DNA from: Octopus bimaculoides | Lineage: Eukaryota | NCBI RefSeq assembly: GCF_001194135.2 | Contig: NC_068989.1 | Span: 60,974,773 to 61,023,929 of the forward strand | Direction of reading: 5' to 3' | Length of the DNA stretch: 49,157 nt | Shown here: piece by piece, positions 36,643-49,075 of the stretch | Layout: each line of letters starts with the position of its first letter | How positions within the stretch are numbered: position 1 is the first letter of the stretch | Notes under the pieces: model-generated | The model's input: only the letters and a program-made list of their open reading frames with translations | Database searches by the model: none | What the model was told of the DNA's origin: nothing | Translations under genes and position numbers: made by a program

Positions 36643-36775
36643 ATTGACCAGTGACCGGTCTGTCAATATGCTAGAAGAAGCTCACTTTAAAAATTCTCAA
36701 ATACGCTGAATCCGTATTTGAGAATTTTTTAGGTGAGCTTCTTCTAGCATATTGACAGACCGGTCACTGGTCAAT
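36643..36775. repeat. Near-perfect palindrome: 63-bp arms, 7-nt loop
   Basis: 36643-36705 vs 36713-36775 pair at 61 of 63 positions; loop CTGAATC. Confidence 0.97.
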
Positions 36776-36923
36776 CTTATATACACAAGTACTATAATCG
36801 TTTTAGGATCTCCCAACAAATTTTTTCATGAACCTTCTGATTCTTTTAATGTGCTAGTTACCTGATATTAAATTGATATTAATTAATATCGAATTTTTAC
36901 CATATTATGTTAATTAACCATAA

Positions 36924-37005
<82 letters not shown>

Positions 37006-37074
37006 GTATACACATGTATAAACATATATATACATATGCATACCTCTTCACATATATTTTCTTTTACTACTAGA

Positions 37075-37843
37075 ACTGACTTGTCCTGCCACCTAAATTC
37101 CTAAATTCTTCATTCCATACTACTACCCCTCCTTCTGCTCCATCACTTAGACTCTATCACTATTGACAATCCTTTATATTTTACACCTTTCACTCCATCA
37201 CCCCCCATTCCTTCTATCTTTCTACATTCTAATACCTTTCTCTCTCTATCACCCTTATCTCCTCATTCCTACTTACACATTATATCAACTGACCACTCTC
37301 TGGTACACTTTCCCTTATCTCTATCTTTGTATTCCATATTCTTTCTTTTCTTTATTCTTCTTATTATTTTTCTTTCTTTTTTCTTCTCTTTTTCTTCCCC
37401 CTTTGTTACTCTCTTTCTTTATTCCTCTCTTCTTGTTTTCGATCTGACCTTACTAATACATTCCCTACTTTTAGGTCAATTTAAATAAAACCCTTGAATC
37501 AATCACACTGTGTACAAATTCTATACTTGGAATGACCAATTCTAAAGACTATTGGATTTTATTCATAAGGTAGTGGAATATTATATTATATACCATTCTG
37601 CCTAAATAATGGATTTACAAATACAACATCCCTGCATATCTCACATCTATTTTCATTCCTCCAATTCACTCTCTATTAAGTATCTTATCTAAATTAACTA
37701 TTGTTTAACTATCCTCGCACACCGTCTCCGATGAAGGGATATAGTAAATATCCCGGAAACAGCTGTAAGACCTTCTATTTATAAATGTTGTAAAATTTAC
37801 ACAGCCTTGGGTTTTTTTTTTTAATCTCATGACGAAAAGTAAA

Positions 37844-37848
<5 letters not shown>
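37075..37848 (+). mobile_element. Non-autonomous Penelope-like unit (pyrimidine-rich body plus hammerhead-bearing terminal repeat) lying between (TA)n tracts
   Basis: 37490-37848 is homologous to 48645-48973 (minus) and its 3' part to 48974-49147 (plus); contains the hammerhead motif; no ORF. Confidence 0.7.
37724..37771 (+). ncRNA. Minimal type-I hammerhead ribozyme motif (variant core)
   Basis: GTCT CCGATGA A GGGATAT-AGTAA-ATATCCC G GAAA C-AGCT-G TA|AGAC. Stem I GTCT/AGAC, 7-bp stem II, 2-bp stem III with palindromic AGCT loop, GUA cleavage triplet (37765-37767). U4 is replaced by C. Confidence 0.8.
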
Positions 37849-37890
<42 letters not shown>

Positions 37891-38378
37891 TTTTAAACGA
37901 TTTCATTATACAGACTCGCCCACTGAATTAGTCTCTGACATAAGCCGATCTATGATTTTATATCTCTTTAGTTGTTGTAAATATGTATAACGTATTTCAG
38001 ATATCTAATGCTCGTTATCATGAAATAATAATGTCGTTTACTGATTGCAAACGTTGCAAAGGAGTTTTAATCTAAAGTATTTGTTTGGTAAATAGAAAAT
38101 AATGATATCGCAAATGAGGAGTGACGTTAGAACCTGATTAGAATTCTTTGTAAAATATAACATTTTTACAATTTATATGAAGCAGGTTGTGATGTAACAT
38201 CCTCATTTAGAATATCATTCATTATTAAATTCTTTTATCTTTATTGAATGAATGAAGATGAGTTTTTTAATGATACAATTTCTTTACGAAATTTGCGAGA
38301 ATGAATTTGAAAAATAACAAATAATGACATATATTTTCTAATATTCTAATCTAATATTCAATAATTTTTCAATTGCAG

Positions 38379-38619
38379 AGCAGAATATTGAATTGTAAGT
38401 TTGGCAAAGAATAATCTCTGCTTGGTTTTGGAATTTAAATGAGTTGATAATAACATCAGTAGCTCCTGCAAAACAATATGTATGTAATTTGAGAAGCGTA
38501 TAAACTTATGCAAGTATTTTTATGGTTCTTTTTTTATTTATTTACAGAAGCGCCATAGAAATTCAAAGGCAGGGCTGTATATTAGAACAGAATAATTTGT
38601 TGCCTTTACGTTTGTAGCC
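38379..38619 (+). CDS. Possible 16-nt microexon (38379-38394) plus downstream exon starting 38548
   Basis: TTTTTCAATTGCAG|AGCAGAATATTGAATT|GTAAGT and TTTTTTTATTTATTTACAG|AAGCGCC; one joined frame reads (E)QNIELSAIEIQRQGCILEQNNLLPLRL*. No homology recognised. Confidence 0.2.
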
Positions 38620-41081
38620 CTTTGCAGAAGAGTAACTCCATTGGTTTTAATCATTTTCTGGTTTTCTAAGATGGTTTTAAGCGACTTCGCTGTAAATATC
38701 AGTATCCGTTATTCTCTTCATCGGTCATTATATATGGAATGAAGGGATTTTTTTTAAATGTATACATTATGACGAAATTTGAGAAAATAGGGTTTATAAA
38801 GGAAACAGCCACAGAATTCTTAATCTATTCTGCATTTTAAAAATCATATTCTAAATGCAAATGTGTGCCTCAAAGGTGTGGGTCTCTTGAGAAATATTTA
38901 CCATTTATTAAAAATTTTGTGATGGATATTTTTGTGACATTGCCAATATTGTTGAAAATGGTAAAAAAACAAATGATTTTAGAATCGATTATCGTTGTAA
39001 AGTAGATATTTATTTTAATGGTTGTCATTTGTGCCTCTGACGCACGGTGGGCTCTCGGCAGGCTGGACTATAACACTTGTATCTTAGAAGTAATCGTCTA
39101 GTCTGTAGAAAAATTGAACTTGCGTTCAAATCTGATTCCAGCTTCTCACTATAATTTTTCCTTCTGTCTTCTAAGCAGAACACAAAAGATCTGCACGTAG
39201 CAGATTCATATCGAGGCTTCGATCCGTAGTTTCACCTTCATTCTGTATTATTATTATCATAGAAATAATGAAGTATTTTAACCATATTCTTTCATCAAGA
39301 TCTGTGAAGAAACATTATGAATCGTTATGATTCATTTGGAGTCAGCTTACAACAAAAACAGATAGACGATAAACTAGATGGGGTAACATTACTGTTCTCA
39401 ATGAAGTCTAATATGCTGGAATAACATTTAGAAATCAATGAAAATGCACGTCATTGCTATTATTCCTCCAGGAAGGTGCCAAATATGAGAACTTCAGTAT
39501 AGGAAATTATTTCTGATTAGAAGTATTCGCGAATCATAGCAACCTTGGATACTGTAATTGAAAAACAAATTCTTTTTTGTAGGTCAATAACAAAATCTTC
39601 ATCAACTGTGCGAGACCTCAGAACTACAATATAGATTGAATTCATGTGACTGAATCGTTCACTATACGCATGCGTACCCCATCTAGAGCTCTCATTTTCC
39701 TATCGCGGTGGAAACTCTCATTTATCTACAAAAACATTTGGGTTGCTGCATTTGGTATCACTCCAAGCCACTGTACATCTGTATTAAGGATACAAATGAT
39801 GTGGTCTTTGAACTCGATCCTACAAAAATTTAAGTTATATTCCCATATTGTTTATATAGAGAACATTTGATTTTCAAAACGTAATTAGAGCTGAAGTAAT
39901 GTTTTATAGTGGTGTAGCTATCGTTGGCATATTTATTATTAGTAGTAGTTACCGCACAGTTATAAGTCAAGGTTAGATCCAACCAAGTTATTTCTTCAGG
40001 TTGCCTCTAAGGCAGATTTTTCCCACGATCATGACTCTAGTGGTATCATGAATAATAAAGTTTTATACGTCATTGAGGAGTATCTTTTCTATTTTATTCA
40101 GCAGGAGTGAATTCTGAACATATGTCGATTTATATTCATGGCGTACGAATTCTTCAAGATATACGAAGTTGAAAAATAGCCTGTCATTCTTACTAAGAGA
40201 TTAAAATTATTATTCTCAATCCAGTAATACCTATATTCATAAAAGTAGATATGATCAATTGATTTACTATAACAACTAAAGCATAATGTAAATTTAAGTT
40301 CAATTTTAATTGCCTTAAAACAATACCTAGAAAAAATAAGCTCACTGGAATTGTCGCCTTTAAAATATATAAATTATTTCAGTACATAGGCGTGAGTTAT
40401 TGTATCAAAGTTTTTCTCAATTTTCATGTGAAGGATAAATGATTTCAAGAAAAGTAGCAGAAAATATGTGTAAGTGACAAGTACGTCATTAGAGTTTACT
40501 ACAAGATTAATGTATTTTCCATGGTCTTGTTACGTGTAAAATTGATATAAAAGTAATTTCAGAGTTTTTGTATTTAATGCAATATAAGTTACAGGATACT
40601 GCACGGTTTATCTTTCCAACACTTAGACATAAAAATAAATCAAGTTTCGAATTTTACGCGCTTCATGACGTCCCCTAGATACACGTTTATATAACCATCG
40701 TCTCTAACAGCGTACTCTAACATTATTGTTCTAGGATATATATATATATATNNNNNNNNNNNNNNNNNNNNNNNNNNNNNNNNNNNNNNNNNNNNNNNNN
40801 NNNNNNNNNNNNNNNNNNNNNNNNNNNNNNNNNNNNNNNNNNNNNNNNNNNNNNNNNNNNNNNNNNNNNNNNNNNNNNNNNNNNNNNNNNNNNNNNNNNN
40901 NNNNNNNNNNNNNNNNNNNNNNNNNNNNNNNNNNNNNNNNNNNNNNNNNNNNNNNNNNNNNNNNNNNNNNNNNNNNNNNNNNNNNNNNNNNNNNNNNNNN
41001 NNNNNNNNNNNNNNNNNNNNNNNNNNNNNNNNNNNNNNNNNNNNNNNTATATATATAAATATATATATGTGTGTGTGTATG

Positions 41082-41112
<31 letters not shown>

Positions 41113-41348
41113 GTGTGTGTGTGTGTGTGTGTGTGTATGCTATTTATATAAAACGATCATCATGGCATATACTTCCATGTGTAGTTTTGCAATTTATATG
41201 ACTATATTAATATTTTATCAGAGATAAAACATGAAACGCGATATATTATTCTGAAGCATTAGAACACGACATTCCTTTTAAAAGACAGAGACACAGAAGT
41301 TTGCTGAAATTCTGCTCGTTGTATGTATGTATGAGCATGTTGAATACC

Positions 41349-41740
41349 TGGCAGAATCGCTTAAACGAAGGACAAAATGCTCTATGGCATTTGTTCTGGT
41401 CTTTTACTTTTTCGGTTCGAATTCTACACAGATTAGATAATATAATGTACTAGTCACGTACTGAGTTCGATAGCATCGACTACTCCTCTACCAAAAAGCT
41501 ACTGGTCTTGTGCTTTAAATAGGAACTATCATTATACAGGCGATGAACAAGCTTAATCGATAGATTATCGAAAAAATCATTACCGCATTTCTTCCGACTC
41601 CTTAGCTTCTAAATTCAAATCATGCTGACATAATTTTGTTTTTCGTCCGTCCTCCAGATGTCGATAAAATGACGCACTATTACTGAGTTGGAAGGTGTCG
41701 ATTAACACGCTCTCCTCAAAAACGCTGTCTTTATACTTAT
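41349..41740 (+). mobile_element. Old, degenerate SINE pieces
   Basis: GGCAGAATCGCTTAAACG...GGACAAAATGCT...GGTTCGAATTC and CAGATGTCGATAAAATGACG...GTGTCGATTAA resemble the head and core of the 16.7-kb SINE. Confidence 0.5.
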
Positions 41741-42057
41741 ATCGGGGGCCATTTTGATTGTTATTACACTCTCCTGAGTAAATCGGACGTGTTTATAGGA
41801 CGTTCCAAATAATGTAACTGTGTAGGGAATATTTATTGAAAAGTTTCCCTTACATAACATTCTTGAGAACAGGGATTCATACAAGAAGGAGATGAAAAAT
41901 AAGATGCACATTTTCTTTATTTCTTAAAATCCTGAACGAAATTTTCTGAAAAACATGAAAAAGATGCACGTGAAAAACAACTACAATGTCCAGCGAATGA
42001 CAATTTGTGAAAGTATAAAGGGCCACGGACATCAACTAACATAAACAAAAGATATGG

Positions 42058-42058
<1 letters not shown>

Positions 42059-42125
<67 letters not shown>

Positions 42126-42138
42126 TTATCTATCTATC
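42059..42138. repeat. (TATC)n microsatellite
   Basis: Direct read. Confidence 0.95.
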
Positions 42139-43187
42139 TGTCTGTATGTCTATGTATACATATATACATATATATATGTATATGTGTGTCATTTTAACGT
42201 AATTTTTTAGAGTTCACAATGATTGAGGCTTCTTTTGACTTCGCACTTTCCTAAATGGTAGTCAATGAAGATACTAACAGTGGGATGGAAATATCCACTG
42301 GATTGGAGGTACTGGACTAAAATCTAGAAGGCTATTATCTTGTTTGTTCCCATCAGTAATAATTTAACCAAGTGAAGGAGGAAATTATGCTCATATAAAT
42401 CAATGGGTCATTCTCTACATTATAGGTGGTAAAACATATTAAACAATTTCAACCTTATTTCAAACAAATAATTTTCTACTCAAAAGCAGATACTGCTTTC
42501 AACAAAGTTCTTTTGTGGCCAGGAAGGGTTAATTATGTTCTTATCCATTGGCGCTTGTGAACCTAAATGACGAATTCTACTTTTGCTCACAGTAGTTCCA
42601 AGAGACTACTATTTCCTTTATTTACCCTGCAGACGTGTGTATGCATGGCTTACATTTCCAGTATGGCATTCAAGTAAGTCTTTACATACATGCATATATA
42701 CATACACACATGCATGCATGCATACATATATACATGGATGCATACATACAAACATGCATACGACGAATATATATTTGGCCTGGGAATAGCATGAAAAAGT
42801 TTCGATAGGAAATATTGAAAATCAGTTTGCTGCAGAATAAAAACAACAGCTTGAGCCCAAACATTACTTGATACAGGGAGATGTAGAAAGGGCTTTCTAG
42901 AAAAGTAAAAATTTGAGGCAATGTATAACCACAAGTAATGTTACTGGATATCAAAGTATAAGAAAAGTGCTCAAACCGTATCATTGTAGTATTACACAGA
43001 ATCCGACAAATTATATACTCTCCCTTTGTAGTTTGTTGTGTATGTAGATCGCTATTCATTATAAATCGGTAAGCTTGTGAAAAAAAGAAAGATTACAAGA
43101 AAACGTTGTTGGATGTTTTTCTTCTCATCCTGTGCAGGTTCTCGTGACAACAGGAACGCCTTGGTAAACGTTTGGAAAAAGTGTTCA

Positions 43188-43352
43188 TAGGCGCCTGCGT
43201 GGCAGTGTGGGATGTGTCGCCAGCATGGCTGTGTAGTAAGAAGTGTGCACCCCAAAACACATAGTTCCCGGTTCATTCGACTAAAAAATTTTTTAAGGCG
43301 ACGCCCTAACATGGTCGCCATCTAATGCCTGAAACATGTAAACGATAAAAAA
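43188..43352 (+). mobile_element. Truncated tRNA-derived SINE (two partial heads plus tail)
   Basis: GGCGCCTGCGTGGCAGTGTGG and GCATGGCTGTGTAGTAAGAAG...CCCGGTTCATTC, then TTCGACTAAAAA...TTAAGGCG...CATGGTCGCC...GAAACATGTAAA. Confidence 0.6.
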
Positions 43353-44689
43353 TGAAAGTTAGGCTCTACGTAGGAAATCCCGCTCTATTGATAAAATATA
43401 AAATTCAGCATGCGTTAAATCTCATTTATAAAAGATTTGGTAAATGTAGTGTTGGACAAAATGACATATATATTAAGAACAACCTGCCGTCGAAAGCATC
43501 CGTCGGCTTTAAATTTAAAGGGGAAATGTAAACCAAATATTCACGTACTATACAAAACAGAATAGTTAATTTGCGTAATATTTCTATATTGTTTGTGTAA
43601 CCCTCTTGATTAGAATTTGCGTATGGTCCTTGACAATACTATAACGGCAATACGATTCCGTCTGTATATTAGTCTCATTATGTATCACGAAAATGACGTT
43701 AATAACACTTCCTGGCATATCTACACTAAACGCTAATATGGATTTCTAAACATCCTTTGTATAGTACACTCAACATAAACCTCTCACAATTGCAAATATA
43801 CTCATTATTCGTTAGAAATATCAGCTGGTATTACTATGGACGTTGCAAAATTTCGTTGCTCATCTTTTATTTTATTTGAGTGCTGATTTTTTCTTGGTTC
43901 TACATTGATCTTCCGACAGAAACCTCAAATAGTTTGTATTCGTGTTCACGCATTACTGATGTATAACGAATACAGACACAATTTTCTTGAAACCTACTCC
44001 CAGTTATCTTTTGATTTTATGTAATAATTCTGTTTGTGCAGATACCTTTGGAGCACTTACCATTTTAGTTGTGTTAAATTACGTTGTAATATGTAGAGAA
44101 CATTATTTCTCCCTCGTTACGTTTTCCTCTTGCACCTGTCATTCGAAGAAATTTTTCTACATTCATTCTAATGTCTTGGCTACCATGTACTGATAGTATA
44201 TATTACTAATTTCAGGCTTGCTTCTCCTTGTAAGATTGGTAGTTGTACAGTGAGCAATTTTCAAATTTATGGGTGATTAATTCTCTTTTCAATTCTTTTT
44301 CTTGAAGTCGCAATTCATTATCGTGCCACTGTATTCTTCGACCGGAATCTAGAATAACATTTGTGTGCAATATATATCTATGATATTTCCTTCTATATTA
44401 ATATTAATCTTGATTTTCTGCATATTTAATTTGTAATGGTTTCCTTGGTATCTGAACATTATAACTCATTGGTTTATGTACTCCAAGCTACTCATTTGCA
44501 TGATTTTAAACTGAATCTGAACGTTTGATATTTTTCCTCTAAATTAATATTTTGAACATTAATCAACATTCAACTTATTCTAAGAGTTTTGTTTACTCAT
44601 CAAATCTCACACTGATTTTTTTAAAAATTGATTAATCTACCATGCACAGTTTTATCAGATATTTCAGTTACATATTTAATTAGAATCTA

Positions 44690-46611
44690 TAGATTAAAAC
44701 AAAAAATTATTGTCTACTACCCAGACAAACTAAATCGAATACGCTGATTCCAAATCCGAACTCAGAATTGCTGTAGCACGTCTGGATTTTGAGTTATGTG
44801 CATAATTGTATATTAATACTGTATTAGTATCAGGAATAGTTAAGTTCAAGGTAAAGAATTATTATAATAGTATATTAGTACTGTATATAGAAAATTTATG
44901 TTCAAGCCCAGTAGTATTATAATAGAATGGTACATAGTATATTTATGTTAAGGAAATACTTTATTTTTTATATGCTCAGTTCAGAAATGTTTGAGACACT
45001 TGTTCTTGCGCTTATGGATCGTGCTGGTCTCCCGTCGAAGAAACCAGAAGTAGTCATCCACCCTGTATGGATTGAACCGACCTTGATATCTCGCTTCCAT
45101 CTCAGATATGTCCTGGTGGATCCTCTCAACATGCTCATCACTAGTGGTACAAAAATTCGTTGGAAAAACATCGAGATGAGAGGGTAAGAATTGCATTTTA
45201 AGGGACATTCGGTATCCCATTATTTCATACACTGGAAACATGTTGTTTATTAAACCAACATAGTTTTATGATTTCCAAGAAATTTCTGTACAACGAACAC
45301 GAATGAATCCCATACCGTCAGCTCAACTGGATTCGGTTTATCTCTGAATTTGCTATCAGACATCAATTATCTGATCTCAGGTCCAATGAAAATGTTTGCT
45401 TTCATTTTTACGTCACTTTTCTCTGCCCCAAATATTACTTTTGGGTATTGGAATCCACAGACATCGTGTGTCATTGCTTTTACGAAGTTTCTCATGAGGC
45501 CGAGTTTGATGTGAAGGCGTGGAAGGAAGAACTTTTGCGGATACATCCTGCACATTGTACCGACCAACTATGCGCTCATCTCTTTTAGGCCAGTCTTTTA
45601 CAGTATTATGATTGCTGTCGTCACGGTTCTTTCAAACACACAAGAAACACATATTTTTGGTATATCTCAGCTGCAGTCCTAGGAGCGGGGAGGGACATCA
45701 CATTTAAATCACCACAAATATTCCACTTATGAACTGAGTAATTAACTCCTTTCAGAATGAGTTCCATCGATTCATAAGTTTCTTCCATATCACAAACAAG
45801 AGCCACAGGAATGTAACAACACAACTTTGGCGCTAACCTTACTCTAGTCTATAAACAAGCTCTATTCATTAGCCACATGCACGTGTCCTAGTTTTTGCAC
45901 GAGTGCATTATCGTCAAAACAGAAACAAGCATTATTTTTCTTCCTCAAAAAAGACAGATAATCCATCATGGCGAGAACGGAAAATGGAAATTTTCGTACC
46001 TTGCTGTAGGAGGTTCCGCTGTTGTAGACTAGATCCCAAAACTTCTGCCTTCACCTTTGACAATGCTAGGTATCTTACCAAATCGTTTAAATCTTCTTGA
46101 TTAAAGAAGCGAAGCTTATTTTTCTTAGAATCAACTACGTACTCTTCGTCGATAGGAGAATCAGCGAGGTTCATCGTGCGACGTGTATGCTGTTCACGCG
46201 GAGCAAATTTTCCTCAGACATAAAATAACTGCTCCTATTCATGATCTAACTGTTAGATTCTAACACAATGAACAGAATTAAAGCAGTAATTACGCAGAGT
46301 GAGAGATGCACATACCACACTTGACGGCAGCGCAAACGATACTGAGAGTTATCTAGAATAAACTGACGTATTTGGCGCTTGCATACGATACGGCAGCGCC
46401 ATCTATTGCTAAACTAAATAATGAACTTTCTCACCGCTTCTTTAATTAAGACTGCTTTAGTTGCAGCAAATTTTATAATACAGTCTATATTCGCATAACT
46501 CAATGTTCTGTCGTGCTAGAACAATTCTGGAAACGGATTCGGAATCAGCCTCCTCGAGTTAGTCTAAAATACATGCTTTTACCCAAGTAGCAAAATCTTC
46601 GTTGTCCAATG
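44690..46611 (-). mobile_element. Decayed DNA transposon, Chapaev3-like (CMC group, tentative); left boundary approximate
   Basis: Minus ORFs FNQEDLNDLVRYLALSKVKAEVLGS (45932-46174), IPVALVCDMEETYESMELIL..HKWNICGDL (45621-45824), FLPRLHIKLGLMRNFVKAM..IFIGPEIR (45367-45567) and MSLKMQFLPSHLDVFP..SDEHVERIHQDISEMEARYQG (44981-45241). Subterminal inverted similarity GCTGATTCC(A/G)AATCCG..CAGAATTG..TAGCACG..TTGAGTTATG at ~44743-44798 and ~46495-46550. Terminus CATTGGAC (CAC-like) next to TTA. Confidence 0.8.
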
Positions 46612-46744
46612 TTATCTGTGTTACAGATTTATTTCAAAGTATCTCATTAGCATTTAATAACGTAAATTATTTGATTTAATGTATTGTGAATTTTTTATCG
46701 TTGTGGAGCAACCCAAAATCTATTTTGATTTTTATTTCTTTTTA

Positions 46745-46883
46745 CATCCAAACATCCCAGTTCCCTTCTCACATGATTCATTTGAAGACCTTGACACGTC
46801 GTACGATGAACCCCCGAGTCTCCTATCGACAAAGAGTACGTAGTTGATTCAAAGAAAAATGAGTTACGCTTGTTTAATCAAGA
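46745..46883 (+). mobile_element. Second, inverted fragment of a related Chapaev-like transposase
   Basis: 46794-46883 is a diverged reverse complement of ~46096-46187; upstream reads LHPNIPVPFSHDSFEDLD, a region missing from the larger copy. Confidence 0.75.
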
Positions 46884-47716
46884 GTTTGTGTCTTAACACA
46901 CAGCAAGTGATTCTTCAGAATCTCTTGGTAATTTAATAGATAGATTTTTTTAGTGTAGATAAAAATGTTGTTGTACCAATACGTATTTGTATCTATATGG
47001 AGACATTAAAGCAGTAAACCATGTTTCAAATTCAAGAAAGAGATTCTGTTCAAGTTATTCTAGATATTCGAAGTACAGGGTGCAGTTATAAAAAAGTCGT
47101 GAATTTTATATAGATGATACTCGAGAATCACAAAAATATAGAAACCACTATGTTTGAAATGTTCCTACATTGGATAATTTGAAAGATAAATAAAATGATA
47201 GTATTTTTAATTTTCATATTATTTATTTCACTTGTACCCAGACAAAATAGGGTTGAATATAATGAATTTCCTGAAAAAACGCTCTATTGGTGGAACCATC
47301 TTTCTATTGTGCAATCTTTATCTTTTAGTGATGTTTGATGTTATCTATCGTTATGCAATCTAACTGATGTGCTGTCTGTAATATTCAGGAGTGGGTGTTA
47401 GCGATGAAAGATGTTTCAGGCACAGCTCAAACCTATAATCAGATGTTTGTGTGCTTTTTGTTGTCTTTAATAAATGTTTGCTTTATCACTAGCTATTACT
47501 TGCAATCAGATATTAGCTTCCGATTCTTATGGTCCACATTCGTTTGTAAGACAATACCTCTTCCATATAAATAGCTAATATAACGAAATTTAGAATTGCT
47601 TCGCTTATAATCGTGAATTCCTTCGTATGTATGTATGTATGCAAGCATGCATGTATGTATATAAACATGTAAGTATGTATATACATGTTTGCAAGTTTTT
47701 GTGTAGATACACACTT

Positions 47717-47760
<44 letters not shown>

Positions 47761-48451
47761 NNNNNNNNNNNNNNNNNNNNNNNNNNNNNNNNNNNNNNNN
47801 NNNNNNNNNNNNNNNNNNNNNNNNNNNNNNNNNNNNNNNNNNNNNNNNNNNNNNNNNNNNNNNNNNNNNNNNNNNNNNNNNNNNNNNNNNNNNNNNNNNN
47901 NNNNNNNNNNNNNNNNNNNNNNNNNNNNNNNNNNNNNNNNNNNNNNNNNNNNNNNNNNNNNNNNNNNNNNNNNNNNNNNNNNNNNNNNNNNNNNNNNNNN
48001 NNNNNNNNNNNNNNNNNNNNNNNNNNNNNNNNNNNNNNNNNNNNNNNNNNNNNNNNNNNNNNNNNNNNNNNNNNNNNNNNNNNNNNNNNNNNNNNNNNNN
48101 NNNNNNNNNNNNNNNNNNNNNNNNNNNNNNNNNNNNNNNNNNNNNNNNNNNNNNNNNNNNNNNNNNNNNNNNNNNNNNNNNNNNNNNNNNNNNNNNNNNN
48201 NNNNNNNNNNNNNNNNNNNNNNNNNNNNNNNNNNNNNNNNNNNNNNNNNNNNNNNNNNNNNNNNNNNNNNNNNNNNNNNNNNNNNNNNNNNNNNNNNNNN
48301 NNNNNNNNNNNNNNNNNNNNNNNNNNNNNNNNNNNNNNNNNNNNNNNNNNNNNNNNNNNNNNNNNNNNNNNNNNNNNNNNNNNNNNNNNNNNNNNNNNNN
48401 NNNNNNNNNNNNNNNNNNNNNNNNNNNNNNNNNNNNNNNNNNNNNNNNNNN

Positions 48452-48497
<46 letters not shown>

Positions 48498-48714
48498 GTT
48501 ATGAGAGATAGTGGTGTCACTTAGACCCAGAGGTTTCCGGTAATGCTGAATAAGTGCTATGGATGGACCATAGTTAAGCTCCAGGTTCGGAGATTTATGC
48601 GAATAAGGGGTCTAACGTAGGTCATATATCAGCGTGTGAATATAAGGATTTACTTTTTGTAATGAGTTAAAAAAACTAAGGCTGTGTATAATATAGAACA
48701 TTTATAAATAGACG

Positions 48715-48762
48715 GTCTTACAGCTGTTTCCAGGATATTTATTGTATCCCTTTATCGGAGAC
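48715..48762 (-). ncRNA. Hammerhead motif, core mutated (G8->A)
   Basis: Minus strand GTCT CCGATAA A GGGATAC-AATAA-ATATCCT G GAAA C-AGCT-G TA AGAC. Confidence 0.7.
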
Positions 48763-49027
48763 GGTCTAAGAGTATGGTTAAGCAATAGTTAGTTTAGATA
48801 AGATAGGAAATAGAGAGTGAATGTAGGGAATATTGTATTTGTAAATCTATTGTTTTGGCAGATTGGTACACATATAAGATTCCAGTACTTTGTGAGTAAA
48901 ATCCAACAGTCTTTGAAATTGGTCATTCCAGATACAAAGTATATACACAGTGTTATAGAATCAAGGGTTCTGTTTCACTCTCTATTTCCTATCTTATCTA
49001 AACTAACTATTGCCATCCTCTCACACC

Positions 49028-49075
49028 GTCTCCGATGAAGGGATATAATATATATCCCGAAAACAGCTGTAAGAC
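49028..49075 (+). ncRNA. Hammerhead motif, core mutated (G12->A relative to the other two copies)
   Basis: GTCT CCGATGA A GGGATAT-AATAT-ATATCCC G AAAA C-AGCT-G TA AGAC. Confidence 0.7.

Noticed and set aside
42270-42360. C-type-lectin-like WDGNIHWIGG fragment
   Set aside because: Too short, no conserved cysteines or splice context.
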